A stretch of 64,000 bases of DNA, taken from Bacteroidia bacterium. Lineage in GTDB: Bacteria; Bacteroidota; Bacteroidia; AKYH767-A; OLB10. Position 1 is the stretch's first letter, and every line of letters starts with the position of its first letter. Below, in pieces: positions 36,230 through 46,230 of the stretch. The DNA is taken from assembly GCA_038215705.1 (NCBI GenBank), contig JBBQQQ010000004.1, forward strand, positions 147,382-211,381, read 5' to 3'. The position numbers were made by a program, and so were the translations under genes. The notes below the pieces were generated by a model. That model searched no databases, was not told the origin of the DNA, and worked only from the letters and a program-made list of their open reading frames with translations.

Positions 36230-36952
36230 TCAGCCTTCTCCTCTGATATCGAGTTGTTCACAGGCAATGCGGGCTGCAATTTGTTCGGCTTTCTTTTTTA
36301 CAAAATCAGTTCCGGTCGCAATTTCAACACCATCAATCATAAGCCGTACTTTTATGAGCCTGCTCAATGTTCCTTCCTCGATAGTTTCAAATACAAGATT
36401 CTTTTTTTCGCGCTGCGCCCAGTTTATGATACGGCTTTTGAAATTCGTATCCGATTTTTCAATTTCGTTTAAATCGATATGAAGGCTGAAAATGCGGTTG
36501 ACCACAAACTTCTCAGTTGTTTTATATCCTTTATCAAGAAAAATTGCTCCGATTAGTGCTTCAAATGCATCGCCGTACATGGAACGGTACATGCCTGGAC
36601 CGGAATTGGTTTTTACATATTTGTCGAGACCAATTTTCAGTGCCAGGTTTTTCAAATGCTCCCTGCTGACAATCCGGGAGCGCATTTCGGTCAGAAATCC
36701 TTCATCCCGGAAAGGGAATCGACGAAACAGCATATCGGCAACGATAGCTCCAAGTATGGCATCGCCAAGATATTCAAGCCGTTCGTTTGTAAGTTGCATT
36801 CCATTCACAGCCGAAGGCGAAGCGGAGCGATGTGAAAAAGCAAGCTTGTACACTGACAGATTTCGCGGGTAAAACCCTAAAATGTTTTTGAGGGAAAGAA
36901 TCATTACCTTCTCACCTGAAAACAACAGCCGGTAAGGAAGGAGAAAGTCCAA
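36230..36952 (-). CDS. rnc: ribonuclease III
   Basis: RNase III signature ERLEYLGDAILG and a C-terminal dsRBD. 240 aa. Confidence 0.85.
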   Translation of the reverse strand: MDFLLPYRLLFSGEKVMILSLKNILGFYPRNLSVYKLAFSHRSASPSAVNGMQLTNERLEYLGDAILGAIVADMLFRRFPFRDEGFLTEMRSRIVSREHLKNLALKIGLDKYVKTNSGPGMYRSMYGDAFEALIGAIFLDKGYKTTEKFVVNRIFSLHIDLNEIEKSDTNFKSRIINWAQREKKNLVFETIEEGTLSRLIKVRLMIDGVEIATGTDFVKKKAEQIAARIACEQLDIRGEG

Positions 36953-36958
36953 TAGGGT

Positions 36959-38212
36959 TTATTTAAATTTCCTGAAGATAACAGATGCATTATGTCCACC
37001 GAAACCAAAAGTGTTGCTGAGGGCGGCATTTACCGTGCGGTGCTGAGCCTTGTTAAAGGTAAAGTTAAAACGCTTGTCAAATTCCGGATCATCCGTAAAG
37101 TGGTTGATTGTAGGAGGAACGATATCGTGTTTAACAGCAAGAATAGAAGCAACCGATTCAATTGCACCGGCAGCACCCAGTAAGTGACCGGTCATTGATT
37201 TTGTAGAACTAATATTGAGCTTATAAGCATGTTCGCCGAACACGCTTGCAATGGCTTTCACTTCGCTGATATCACCCAGCGGAGTTGATGTTCCGTGTAC
37301 ATTGATATAATCAATTTCAACAGGATCCATTTCCGCATCTGAAAGTGCATTCTTCATAACATTCAACGCGCCGAGTCCTTCCGGATGCGGAGCAGTTATG
37401 TGATGCGCATCGGCCGACATGCCACCGCCCATCATTTCGGCATAAATGGTAGCACCCCTGGCAATTGCGTGTTCGTATTCTTCAAGCACCACTGCCGCAG
37501 CACCTTCGCCCATCACAAATCCATCGCGACCTAAATCAAAAGGTCGGGAAGCAGTTGCAGGATCATCATTTCTTTCAGAAAGAGCGTGCATGGCATTAAA
37601 TCCTCCTACTGCGGGTTCATTGATTGCGGCTTCCGAACCACCGGCAACAATGGCATCTGCTTTTCCTAACCGGATCAGCATAAACGCATCATTTAAGGCA
37701 TGGGTGGAAGAAGCGCAGGCCGAAACCGTAGCGTAATTAGGTCCTCGTAAACCATAACGAATCGATATATGACCCGAGGCAATATCAATGATCATTTTTG
37801 GGATGAAAAATGGGTTGAACCGGGGCGTGCCGTCACCTAACGCAAAATTTGTAGCCTCATCCCAGAATGTTCGTAAGCCACCGATACCCGCAGCCCAGAT
37901 CACTCCAACCCTGTCGGGGTTAAATGAGGGGTGTGCAACCACGCCGGATTCTTCTATCGCCTGAATAGCAGCAGCAAGTCCGAACTGACTAAACAGATCG
38001 AGCTTGCGGGCTTCTTTGCGGTCGAGGATGGTTCCAGGATCGAAGTTTTTCACTTCGCAAGCAAACCGGGTCTTGAATTTAGCAGCGTCAAACCGGGTGA
38101 TGGGTGCAGCTCCTGATTTTCCACTGACCAATCCATCCCAGAATTCTGAAACAGTATTACCAAGTGGGGTAAGGGCTCCTAACCCTGTAACTACAACTCT
38201 TTTGAGCTTCAT
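36959..38212 (-). CDS. fabF: beta-ketoacyl-ACP synthase II
   Basis: 417 aa with the Cys-His-His catalytic triad context (ACASS..., HGTSTPLGD, GHLLGAAG). Confidence 0.9.
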   Translation of the reverse strand: MKLKRVVVTGLGALTPLGNTVSEFWDGLVSGKSGAAPITRFDAAKFKTRFACEVKNFDPGTILDRKEARKLDLFSQFGLAAAIQAIEESGVVAHPSFNPDRVGVIWAAGIGGLRTFWDEATNFALGDGTPRFNPFFIPKMIIDIASGHISIRYGLRGPNYATVSACASSTHALNDAFMLIRLGKADAIVAGGSEAAINEPAVGGFNAMHALSERNDDPATASRPFDLGRDGFVMGEGAAAVVLEEYEHAIARGATIYAEMMGGGMSADAHHITAPHPEGLGALNVMKNALSDAEMDPVEIDYINVHGTSTPLGDISEVKAIASVFGEHAYKLNISSTKSMTGHLLGAAGAIESVASILAVKHDIVPPTINHFTDDPEFDKRFNFTFNKAQHRTVNAALSNTFGFGGHNASVIFRKFK

Positions 38213-38227
38213 CAGCTAAAAAAGTGA

Positions 38228-38464
38228 TTACTTTACGTTTGCCTGAATGTAATCAACGGCTTGTCCTACAGTGCTGATTTTTTCAGCCTGGTCATCCGGA
38301 ATAGCAATATTAAATTCCTTTTCGAATTCCATGATCAATTCAACAGTATCCAAAGAATCGGCGCCCAGGTCATTAGTAAAGCTGGACTCGGTTTGTACTT
38401 CACTTTCGTCAACGCCTAATTTATCAACAATAATTGCCTTTACGCGTGTTGCAATGTCTGACAT
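38228..38464 (-). CDS. acpP: acyl carrier protein
   Basis: 78 aa with the phosphopantetheine attachment motif [12 protein letters not shown]. Confidence 0.9.
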   Translation of the reverse strand: MSDIATRVKAIIVDKLGVDESEVQTESSFTNDLGADSLDTVELIMEFEKEFNIAIPDDQAEKISTVGQAVDYIQANVK

Positions 38465-38645
38465 AGCTTTATGTATTATTTTAAAGTTGGACGCAAAGTA
38501 ACAAATTTATAGTTGAATCATCAAAATTTATTGACAATAATTTGATATTCAGCTATATATTAGCGTAGCACCAGTTATAAACATAGCGAATCGGGGGGAA
38601 TCAATGTTAAAAGGGTTATAAATGGGTTTCCGTTACCTTTGCGGG

Positions 38646-39212
38646 ATGAGGAAAATAGCCATTTTTGCCAGTGGTTCGGGGAGTAATGCTGAAAACCTGG
38701 TTCGGTATTTTGACAACCACCCGGATATCAAAGTTGAGATGATGATCTCCGACCGGAAAAATGCTTTTGTTTTCGAAAGAATGCGTGCCCTGAACATTCC
38801 GTCTTATTATATGACACGCGATCAGTTTGAAAACGGTGAGGTGTTGGAATTGCTTAAAAGCCGGGGCACAGACTTTATTGTTTTGGCCGGGTTTTTAAAA
38901 CTTATGCCTGCTTCCGTAATTAAAGGATATGAAAGAAAAATCATTAACATTCATCCGGCACTACTTCCCAAATTTGGCGGCAAGGGTATGTATGGGATGC
39001 ATGTTCATAACGCAGTTATACAAGCCGGTGAACAAACCACAGGAATCACTATTCATTATGTGGATGAAAATTTTGATGAGGGAGAAATCATTGCCCGTTT
39101 TGAAACCGAAGTTGAAAAAGGTGATACTGCAGAAATAATTACATCAAAAATTCATAAACTTGAAATGAAATGGTTCCCGGTTATTGTGGAGAAAATTGTT
39201 TTGGAAAAATAA
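38646..39212 (+). CDS. purN: phosphoribosylglycinamide formyltransferase
   Basis: Start taken at the internal MRKIAIFASGSGSNAE. The formyltransferase motifs (HPALLP..., ENFDEGEII) are present. Confidence 0.85.
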   Translation: MRKIAIFASGSGSNAENLVRYFDNHPDIKVEMMISDRKNAFVFERMRALNIPSYYMTRDQFENGEVLELLKSRGTDFIVLAGFLKLMPASVIKGYERKIINIHPALLPKFGGKGMYGMHVHNAVIQAGEQTTGITIHYVDENFDEGEIIARFETEVEKGDTAEIITSKIHKLEMKWFPVIVEKIVLEK

Positions 39213-39244
39213 ATTTCCGTTAAGAACTTCTGTGAACATGCTGC

Positions 39245-40051
39245 TTAGCCTTTATCAAAATACTGTTTCAGTTTTTTAATGGGCTTTATTAATGTTGTAA
39301 ACAGGCCCGGTTTCATGTCATTAATTTTCCAAGCTAATTTATCTTCCATATTGGCTTTCAGTTTCACAAAGAAACTTGTGTTGCTGATGCCTCCCATTCT
39401 CATTTTCACAATAGTTTCAGGAAGATAAGCCACTTTTATCTGGTGCTTGTGTATGAAACGAAGCATTAATTCATAATCTGCTGATAATTTCAGGTCGAGG
39501 TTAAATCCGCCCAGGCGGTCGTACACTGATTTTTTTACAAAGAAAGTCGGATGAGGTGGCATCCAGCCTTTTTTAAATGCATCAGGCTCATAAGTACCGG
39601 CTCTCCATGTGCGCAAAACCTTATCGGTATCGTTTCTATCGACAAAAACCAGGTCGGCATAAACGGCTTCCACTGAAGGATCCATTGCAAACTGCTGCGC
39701 TATGCGGGAAATAACCTGGTTATTGGCATATACGTCGTCACTATGAAGCATACCGATAACATCGCCTGTTGCAAGTTTTATCCCTTTATTAAGTGCATCA
39801 TAAAGTCCTTTATCCTTTTCAGATATGATTTTATCAATATATTTTGAATAACGGCCCGCTATGCTAAGCGTATGGTCTTTAGATAATCCGTCAACAATGA
39901 GGTATTCTATATCGGGAAAATCCTGTGATACAACAGATTTTATAGTTTCTTCAACAGTGTGTTCACTGTTGTAAGTTATGGTGATAATGGAGATTTTCAA
40001 TTCAAAAAGTTTTGAGAGTTCAGGGAAATCAGGCAGCAGGGCTGAGTACAA
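39245..40051 (-). CDS. GT2-family glycosyltransferase
   Basis: N-terminal ISIITITYNSEHTVEETIKSV with DGLSKD and an HSDD-like DxD. GT-A fold. Confidence 0.75.
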   Translation of the reverse strand: MYSALLPDFPELSKLFELKISIITITYNSEHTVEETIKSVVSQDFPDIEYLIVDGLSKDHTLSIAGRYSKYIDKIISEKDKGLYDALNKGIKLATGDVIGMLHSDDVYANNQVISRIAQQFAMDPSVEAVYADLVFVDRNDTDKVLRTWRAGTYEPDAFKKGWMPPHPTFFVKKSVYDRLGGFNLDLKLSADYELMLRFIHKHQIKVAYLPETIVKMRMGGISNTSFFVKLKANMEDKLAWKINDMKPGLFTTLIKPIKKLKQYFDKG

Positions 40052-40141
40052 AGATAATTCCTTATCTTTAAACAGGGTAGATACTCAATAGGAATTTATA
40101 AACGGAAAGGGGTAAATGTACATGCCGGCAACATCAAAGGC

Positions 40142-40696
40142 TTAACTTATAACCCGGTCACGAATTTTAACTGCAGGATTGCCCCTGTAAATCGTATAGG
40201 GCTCGAGCGTTGTACTGGCGGTTGAATCTACACTTAAAACCGAATGGGTTTTGCAGATTACTCCCGGGCAAACTAGCGCCCTTGCACCGATCCACACGCC
40301 TTCTTCTAAAACAATGGTGCCTATGATCAAATCAAAAGTTGATTTTTTAAAATCATGATTTCCACACAAGAGCATGGCACCCTGCGAAAGACAAGCATTA
40401 TCACCTATCACCACTTTTGCATGGTTTTCGATCCAGCAGCATTCACCTATCCATACATGATTTCCGATTTCGAGCAACCAGGGATATTTAATTCGTACGC
40501 CTTGCTTTATGACCACGCCTGTTCCTATTTTAGCCCCGAACATACGAAGCACTGCAACCTTAACGGAACTGATTACCGATAAGTGGTTGATAAGAAAGAG
40601 TGCTGAAAAAATCTGCCAAAGCCCGATCTTAACAACCGATCCCGGTTTGTACCAGGAGTTATTAAATTCAGATAATTTTGTTTTGGGTTGATCCAT
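40142..40696 (-). CDS. hexapeptide-repeat (LbH) sugar O-acetyltransferase (WcaF/NeuD-like)
   Basis: 184 aa with left-handed beta-helix hexapeptide repeats (IGxxVxIGxxxxI). Confidence 0.7.
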   Translation of the reverse strand: MDQPKTKLSEFNNSWYKPGSVVKIGLWQIFSALFLINHLSVISSVKVAVLRMFGAKIGTGVVIKQGVRIKYPWLLEIGNHVWIGECCWIENHAKVVIGDNACLSQGAMLLCGNHDFKKSTFDLIIGTIVLEEGVWIGARALVCPGVICKTHSVLSVDSTASTTLEPYTIYRGNPAVKIRDRVIS

Positions 40697-40709
40697 GGTA
40701 CAAATATCG

Positions 40710-42578
40710 TCAGTTTTCCACCTTGTTTTCGATTAGCCAGTTTTCGAGTACAACTCCGGTCCATATTTCGGGCCACCTTACGGAAGGATCATTGTTCAGG
40801 AACCCATGCCAGCGGTCGAGCAGTACAGAGCCGTTCAGAAATGAACGGCGTGATAACGATTGCATTCTTTCATCACAAAATGATTTGAGTTCATTGCGGA
40901 TCCATTTTTCCCAGGGGAAAGAAAATCCCATTTTTCTCCGGTGCACAATTTCATCGGGTAATAAATCGCCCAGGCTTTCAACCAAAAGTTTTTTCGGATA
41001 CACCGGATTTTTGTATGCGTCATTAATGCCGATCACATATTCCACCAGTTTATAATCAAGGAAAGGAACCCTGACTTCAAGTGCTGATGCCATACTCATC
41101 TGATCCGTATCGCGTAATAACACATTCTGCATATACGTAGTAATTTCAGCAACGCTTATTTTGCTGAGCACTCCAAGTCCTTTGCTTTCGCTAAGAGCTT
41201 CACCGATCAAGTTACCCACCTTATCGGGAGGCATCGGAAAACTTAGCAGCTTTGCAATATGTTCCGGAGGCGCCATTTGTCGTGCGATGGGGAAGGTGTG
41301 GGCAACGTCGCCTTTGGACAGCAGCATCAACTGATTTAATTTTGCTCCAACAAATCCCGGCTTTGCTGAAAGAATGATTTTTCCGGCAAGAGCACGCAGA
41401 GCAGTGGGCAGTTCCCAGAACCATTGCTGTTGCTGTAACCGTTGTGTTCTTTTAAAGACCGGGTAACCTGCAAAGAGTTCATCACCACCCAGGCCCGACA
41501 GGGCCATGGTAATACCATTTTCCCTTGTAATTTTAGAAACCACATACGAGTTAGGCCCATCGCCGCTTGGATGATCCATTGCTGAAAGCGCGGAGGGGAG
41601 CTGTTGCAGAAAAACAGAAGGGCGAAGTTTAAACTCATGATGATCGGTATTAAAAAGTTTAGCAACCTGGCGGGCGTATTTTGCCTCGCTCATTTCGCTT
41701 TCATCAAAGGAAATATTAAAAGTTTTTACCGGATGTTTCTGCACCTTACTCATCAGGCCCACTACTGCAGAAGAATCAATTCCTCCTGATAAAAATGCTC
41801 CGAAGGGAACATCACTGATGAGTCTGCGCTTTACTGCAGCCTCAAACAAATCCCGCACATCATTGCAAACTTCCTTATACGATTTTCCTTCCGAAGCACG
41901 GGAATGATTGGTGACAACATCCCAGTATTTCTCAATTGTTAATCCGGAGGTTGTTATGGTAAGATGGTGACCCGGCATGAGCATATCTACATTCTCAATG
42001 ATGGTTTCCGGTGCATGCACAGTCTGGTACATGAAATAATCAGCAATACTTTTCCGGCTGATCTTACGGGGAACCATTCCTGATTCGAATAAGGCTCGTA
42101 TTTCAGAAGCGAATAAAAGCACATTACCTGCTTTGTAATAATAGAGTGGTTTTATTCCCAGGCGATCGCGTGCAATAAAAAGTGTTTTATTTAATTTATC
42201 CCATATCGCGAAAGCGAACATGCCATTAAAATGGTTCACGCAATCTTTCCCATATTTCAGATAAGCGGCCAGCATAACTTCAGTATCGCTTTGCGTTTTG
42301 AAAGGATAATCTGTCAGTTGTTCCCGGATCTCAAGAAAATTATAGATCTCACCATTAAAAATAATTTCAAGCCGGTCGGTGGCATCGTGCATGGGCTGAT
42401 GTCCGGCTGGCGATAGATCCAATATAGCCAGACGACGGTGACCGAGTGCCACATGATCATCCACATAGATGCCCTGATCATCAGGTCCGCGGTGAGCGAT
42501 TTTATCGTTCATGCGTTGCACCAGGTCGCCTGCCTTTTGCCGGTCAGTTAAGCCAAAAATTCCTGCGATGCCGCACAT
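40710..42578 (-). CDS. asnB: asparagine synthase (glutamine-hydrolysing), polysaccharide amidotransferase candidate
   Basis: N-terminal MCGIAGIFG (Ntn Cys2) and the PP-loop SGGIDSS. 622 aa. Confidence 0.85.
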   Translation of the reverse strand: MCGIAGIFGLTDRQKAGDLVQRMNDKIAHRGPDDQGIYVDDHVALGHRRLAILDLSPAGHQPMHDATDRLEIIFNGEIYNFLEIREQLTDYPFKTQSDTEVMLAAYLKYGKDCVNHFNGMFAFAIWDKLNKTLFIARDRLGIKPLYYYKAGNVLLFASEIRALFESGMVPRKISRKSIADYFMYQTVHAPETIIENVDMLMPGHHLTITTSGLTIEKYWDVVTNHSRASEGKSYKEVCNDVRDLFEAAVKRRLISDVPFGAFLSGGIDSSAVVGLMSKVQKHPVKTFNISFDESEMSEAKYARQVAKLFNTDHHEFKLRPSVFLQQLPSALSAMDHPSGDGPNSYVVSKITRENGITMALSGLGGDELFAGYPVFKRTQRLQQQQWFWELPTALRALAGKIILSAKPGFVGAKLNQLMLLSKGDVAHTFPIARQMAPPEHIAKLLSFPMPPDKVGNLIGEALSESKGLGVLSKISVAEITTYMQNVLLRDTDQMSMASALEVRVPFLDYKLVEYVIGINDAYKNPVYPKKLLVESLGDLLPDEIVHRRKMGFSFPWEKWIRNELKSFCDERMQSLSRRSFLNGSVLLDRWHGFLNNDPSVRWPEIWTGVVLENWLIENKVEN

Positions 42579-42579
42579 A

Positions 42580-43659
42580 TCAGTTCGATTTGATAAATTT
42601 CATAAATGTTTGTGCCCATGTTAAAGGAGTAATTATTGAGGCCATTTCCGCACTTCTGTCACCCATTGTGAGAAGGTCATCCGCGGAAGCTTTATTTATT
42701 TTACGGAATATTTCAATCATCGAATTTACATCATACGGTTGAATTTCAAAGCCATTATATCCATCTTTCAAGAATGTTGTGGCAGCCCCGGTGGTTGAGG
42801 TGCAAATAACAGGGAATCCGGCAGCGGCAAATTCATGCACTACCACACCCCAATGTTCGTAATGGCTTGGAAGAATAAATACACCGCATTCAGCAATATA
42901 TTTATGCATCTCATCAGGTTGTACAAACCCAATATTTTTTATTTTTTCATGTGCCGGAAACTGGTCATTCATTTCACCCTTGCCCAGGCACCACAATTCC
43001 CATTCGTTGGGTTGCTGTTGCTGAAATTCCATAAATGCTTTCCACAATTCTGCCGTACCTTTTAATTTTGTGTACCGGCCGACAAAAATTATTTTTTTAG
43101 GGAAAGATTTTTGCTTTGCGTCGTGGTTCTGCACATACTGATCATGAAAGATGTTGTAATCACAGGAGTAAATTCCCGTTTCAATTGCAGATTTCCCGAA
43201 GCCCAGTTTGCGTGCATATTTTTCCTGCGGGGAACCGGGTACCCAGCAATGTGAAAAATAATTTCGTAGCCAGATGGGACCAACGAGAGATGCAATGTTT
43301 TGTTTTAACGTATTTCTCCATGGATTATCCAATCCGAGGACCGTGTTAACCTTGCCATTAAAATGTTTGCAAACGCTATTGTAGCCTTTGTCAATCCATC
43401 CGCTGCAAAAAATTACATCCGGTTTCAGGTTGATTGCAAATTCAAGCAATTGTTGATCCGTGTAATTTTTCCTTTCATAAAAAAATAAATTTTCTCCTTC
43501 CAGTGAAAAGCGAAATGGTGCAACCGCATTAACAGGCCAGCGAATCACATGCACTTCCACATGCTGTGATTCTGCAAGTTTTTTCATGCAGGCAACAATG
43601 TATCCGGCCAGTTCTGTGAACAGGAATAAACATTTTTGCCTTGGTACGCGGGTGCTCAT
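42580..43659 (-). CDS. GT4-family glycosyltransferase (GT-B)
   Basis: C-terminal EHWGVVVHEFAAAGFPVICTSTTG (E-x7-E donor-binding motif). Confidence 0.75.
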   Translation of the reverse strand: MSTRVPRQKCLFLFTELAGYIVACMKKLAESQHVEVHVIRWPVNAVAPFRFSLEGENLFFYERKNYTDQQLLEFAINLKPDVIFCSGWIDKGYNSVCKHFNGKVNTVLGLDNPWRNTLKQNIASLVGPIWLRNYFSHCWVPGSPQEKYARKLGFGKSAIETGIYSCDYNIFHDQYVQNHDAKQKSFPKKIIFVGRYTKLKGTAELWKAFMEFQQQQPNEWELWCLGKGEMNDQFPAHEKIKNIGFVQPDEMHKYIAECGVFILPSHYEHWGVVVHEFAAAGFPVICTSTTGAATTFLKDGYNGFEIQPYDVNSMIEIFRKINKASADDLLTMGDRSAEMASIITPLTWAQTFMKFIKSN

Positions 43660-43714
43660 ATTTTATTTATAAATGATTTTCGGGTTTTTATTTTCAATTT
43701 GCAAAACCAATTTT

Positions 43715-44896
43715 TCAGCTTGCAGCAGCGAATAACCTGTGATGATCTTCAATAGTTTTTTTATTATCATGAATGGCAACGGCAAAATCCGAAGCTGCCC
43801 CGGACCATTCATCATAGGTTTGCTGATTCATGGCAGCAGCCGTATTCAACACTTTGATAATTTTTTCCTCCTGGTCAAGTGGTATATCCCAGCCGCATTT
43901 TTTTGCTTCCAGGTTTTTCCAGGGAGTCCGGTTGCCGATAATCACCGGGCAGCCTGCGGTAAAACCTTCCACAATAGCATGTCCGTAATTTTCATTCATA
44001 GACAGCAGGAAAAGGAAGTGATAATTTTTTAGCAGTACTGTGATGCCTGCATTATCAAAGGGCCCTTTTAATTCGGCTTTGATGTTTCCGGGCAACGATT
44101 GAATTTCTTTTTTACATAACTCAAAATATTGTTCATCGTCGTGCGGACCATAAATATCAAATTGAATATGATTGTCAGCTGACGTTTTTTTCAAAACCTT
44201 TAAACATTGTAAAAGATTTTTAACTTCACTTATCCTTCCCACGTACACCAGTTTCAATTGCTGTGGTTCCTTATTTCTGGGTACTTTAACAACCGGTATG
44301 TCGGGAGTAAGATTTATAGCATGCTGTACGCGCACATTTTTCCCGAACACAGATTTAATTTCTTCAACTTCAATAAGCGTTGATGCATGAAATGTTACAT
44401 TCCCGAAAAGGCGCATAATTTTAGACATCATTAAAAAAACTTTTTTCTTCAACGGTTTCAAAGCCAAAGCACCTTTGCTCAGCATCCCCCTGGGTGCAAC
44501 CACTACCCGTGCAGGAATCTTGTGTTTCCTTATAGCCAGTAAAGGAAGAAGTGTAAAATAAATAGAGAACATGCTGTTCAAATAAATAATATCCGGCTTT
44601 TCTTCAAGCAAAAGCTTTTCAATATTTATTTTCTTTAAAAAACTGCGTGTGCAATAAAAAACTTCAGTTCCTTTTTGTGTGGTGATCCATGTGTCAGGTT
44701 GAATACCTGGATAGGGATGCGCTTCATTCAGATCGGTATCGCTTGTTACAATCCTGAAGTGATAGTCCTGTTTAAGGCGTTCCACCAGGCTCACGCACGA
44801 TTTAATCGGCCCTCCCGCTTTATATCCCGGAAGATACCAGTCAATGAATACCAGTATTTTTTTGAGTGGTGCTTGCATTTGTGAATGGCCGGTCAC
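43715..44896 (-). CDS. GT4-family glycosyltransferase (GT-B)
   Basis: C-terminal ENYGHAIVEGFTAGCPVIIGN (E-x7-E). The start may be the internal MQAPLKK. Confidence 0.7.
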   Translation of the reverse strand: MTGHSQMQAPLKKILVFIDWYLPGYKAGGPIKSCVSLVERLKQDYHFRIVTSDTDLNEAHPYPGIQPDTWITTQKGTEVFYCTRSFLKKINIEKLLLEEKPDIIYLNSMFSIYFTLLPLLAIRKHKIPARVVVAPRGMLSKGALALKPLKKKVFLMMSKIMRLFGNVTFHASTLIEVEEIKSVFGKNVRVQHAINLTPDIPVVKVPRNKEPQQLKLVYVGRISEVKNLLQCLKVLKKTSADNHIQFDIYGPHDDEQYFELCKKEIQSLPGNIKAELKGPFDNAGITVLLKNYHFLFLLSMNENYGHAIVEGFTAGCPVIIGNRTPWKNLEAKKCGWDIPLDQEEKIIKVLNTAAAMNQQTYDEWSGAASDFAVAIHDNKKTIEDHHRLFAAAS

Positions 44897-46230
44897 GCGG
44901 GTTTGAGATTTTCACCGGAAACCTGCAATTCAGGAGCACTCGCTGCAAAGTCACGGCTGTCGGTAATGGTAACAGTAAGTATCAGCAGCATTGTAATATG
45001 ATACGGATTCAATGAGCCCATCAGCCAGGCTTCAAAAAAGGCGGAGAATAGAACTGTATACAGCAAGGGTAAAGCAGTATAAGTAATAGTGACCGCTTTG
45101 AATATATTTCTTAGAAATCCGATGAACCAAAGTATCAGTCCGATAATTCCTGTGTTCAGCCATAATGCAAGATATGTATTGTGTACACCACCCTGGTGGC
45201 CGAGTGCACTCAGGGCATGTCGATTGGCATAAAATATCATCTCATCATAGGAAAATCCGCCACCGAATAAAAACAAACCGAGGCTTTTATTGATTTCCTT
45301 TAATGCAAACAGCCACGCCACAATGCGGCCTGATCCGCTTTCCAGGTTTTCAGCCCTGAGGGCTTTTGCTAATCCTAATGCTTCGAGGATATCGGGAAGG
45401 TTTGCAAAAACAATCTGGTAGAGAAGTATGGCGACAATCACTGCCATAAAACCATACCAGTAGCTTATTTTGTAAAACTTCGTGAAGATGAGAAAAATGA
45501 TAATCGACATCAGTGTATTTCTCGAGCCGGTTAAAATAGCACTGATTGCAATGAGCGAGAAGATGATTATTTTTTCATGTTTTGAAAACAGTTCGGGGAA
45601 TTTGATAATTGTACAAATGGTAAGCATTAAAAACAGCACACTGTAAATTCCCATGCCATTGGGATTTCCAAGTACACCGGTATACCTTCCCGCAAGGTAA
45701 ACGAACTCAGGATTCACTACAATCAAAAGCAATCCGGCGATCAGCAGCACGGTTATTAGTAATATAAAATCTTTTAAAAACTGCGGACCTTTATCATGAA
45801 ATGCTTTTATAAAATAAGCCGGTACAATGAGGTAAAGCAAACCGTAAGAAAGCGTTTTTTGAAAGGATAACATCATATCCGGGCTTCGGAAACACATTGC
45901 AAACGACCAAACCAGGAAAGGAATGAACGAAATTACCAATGTGTTTTTAAACTGAAACTGTTTGCGGTCGAAGAGATAAAATAAGGTAAGCAGCAGGAGA
46001 TAAATATCCTTTACCTGTTTTGCAAAATCCAGTTGATACTGCCTGCTGTCGGATAGAATCAGGATGAAGATAAGTCCGATAATCATTTCGGCAAACATTT
46101 CTTTCCTTTTCAACAGCATTACAGAAATCGCCACAACTCCAATTCCGGCTACAGGTGCTACCCAGCCGGCAGCTACCCAGATGGCCAGCATAAAAAGAAA
46201 CTGGAGATTGCGTTTAAGGAATTCTGACAT
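44893..46230 (-). CDS. O-antigen polymerase/ligase-family (Wzy-like) polytopic membrane protein
   Basis: 445 aa with about ten TM helices and a large periplasmic loop, located inside a glycosyltransferase operon. No catalytic motif can be verified by eye. Confidence 0.55.
   Translation of the reverse strand: MSEFLKRNLQFLFMLAIWVAAGWVAPVAGIGVVAISVMLLKRKEMFAEMIIGLIFILILSDSRQYQLDFAKQVKDIYLLLLTLFYLFDRKQFQFKNTLVISFIPFLVWSFAMCFRSPDMMLSFQKTLSYGLLYLIVPAYFIKAFHDKGPQFLKDFILLITVLLIAGLLLIVVNPEFVYLAGRYTGVLGNPNGMGIYSVLFLMLTICTIIKFPELFSKHEKIIIFSLIAISAILTGSRNTLMSIIIFLIFTKFYKISYWYGFMAVIVAILLYQIVFANLPDILEALGLAKALRAENLESGSGRIVAWLFALKEINKSLGLFLFGGGFSYDEMIFYANRHALSALGHQGGVHNTYLALWLNTGIIGLILWFIGFLRNIFKAVTITYTALPLLYTVLFSAFFEAWLMGSLNPYHITMLLILTVTITDSRDFAASAPELQVSGENLKPA

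Noticed and set aside
36110-36472. 120-aa plus-strand ORF in the FkbM–rnc gap
   Set aside because: It overlaps the 3' end of rnc on the opposite strand. Its composition is low-complexity and it has no RBS. It is a spurious antisense ORF.
38465-38645. ZTP (pfl) riboswitch upstream of purN
   Set aside because: No GGGUCGUGAC...CCGGGCG-like pseudoknot signature is visible in the 180-nt leader. The region looks like a plain divergent promoter between acpP and purN.
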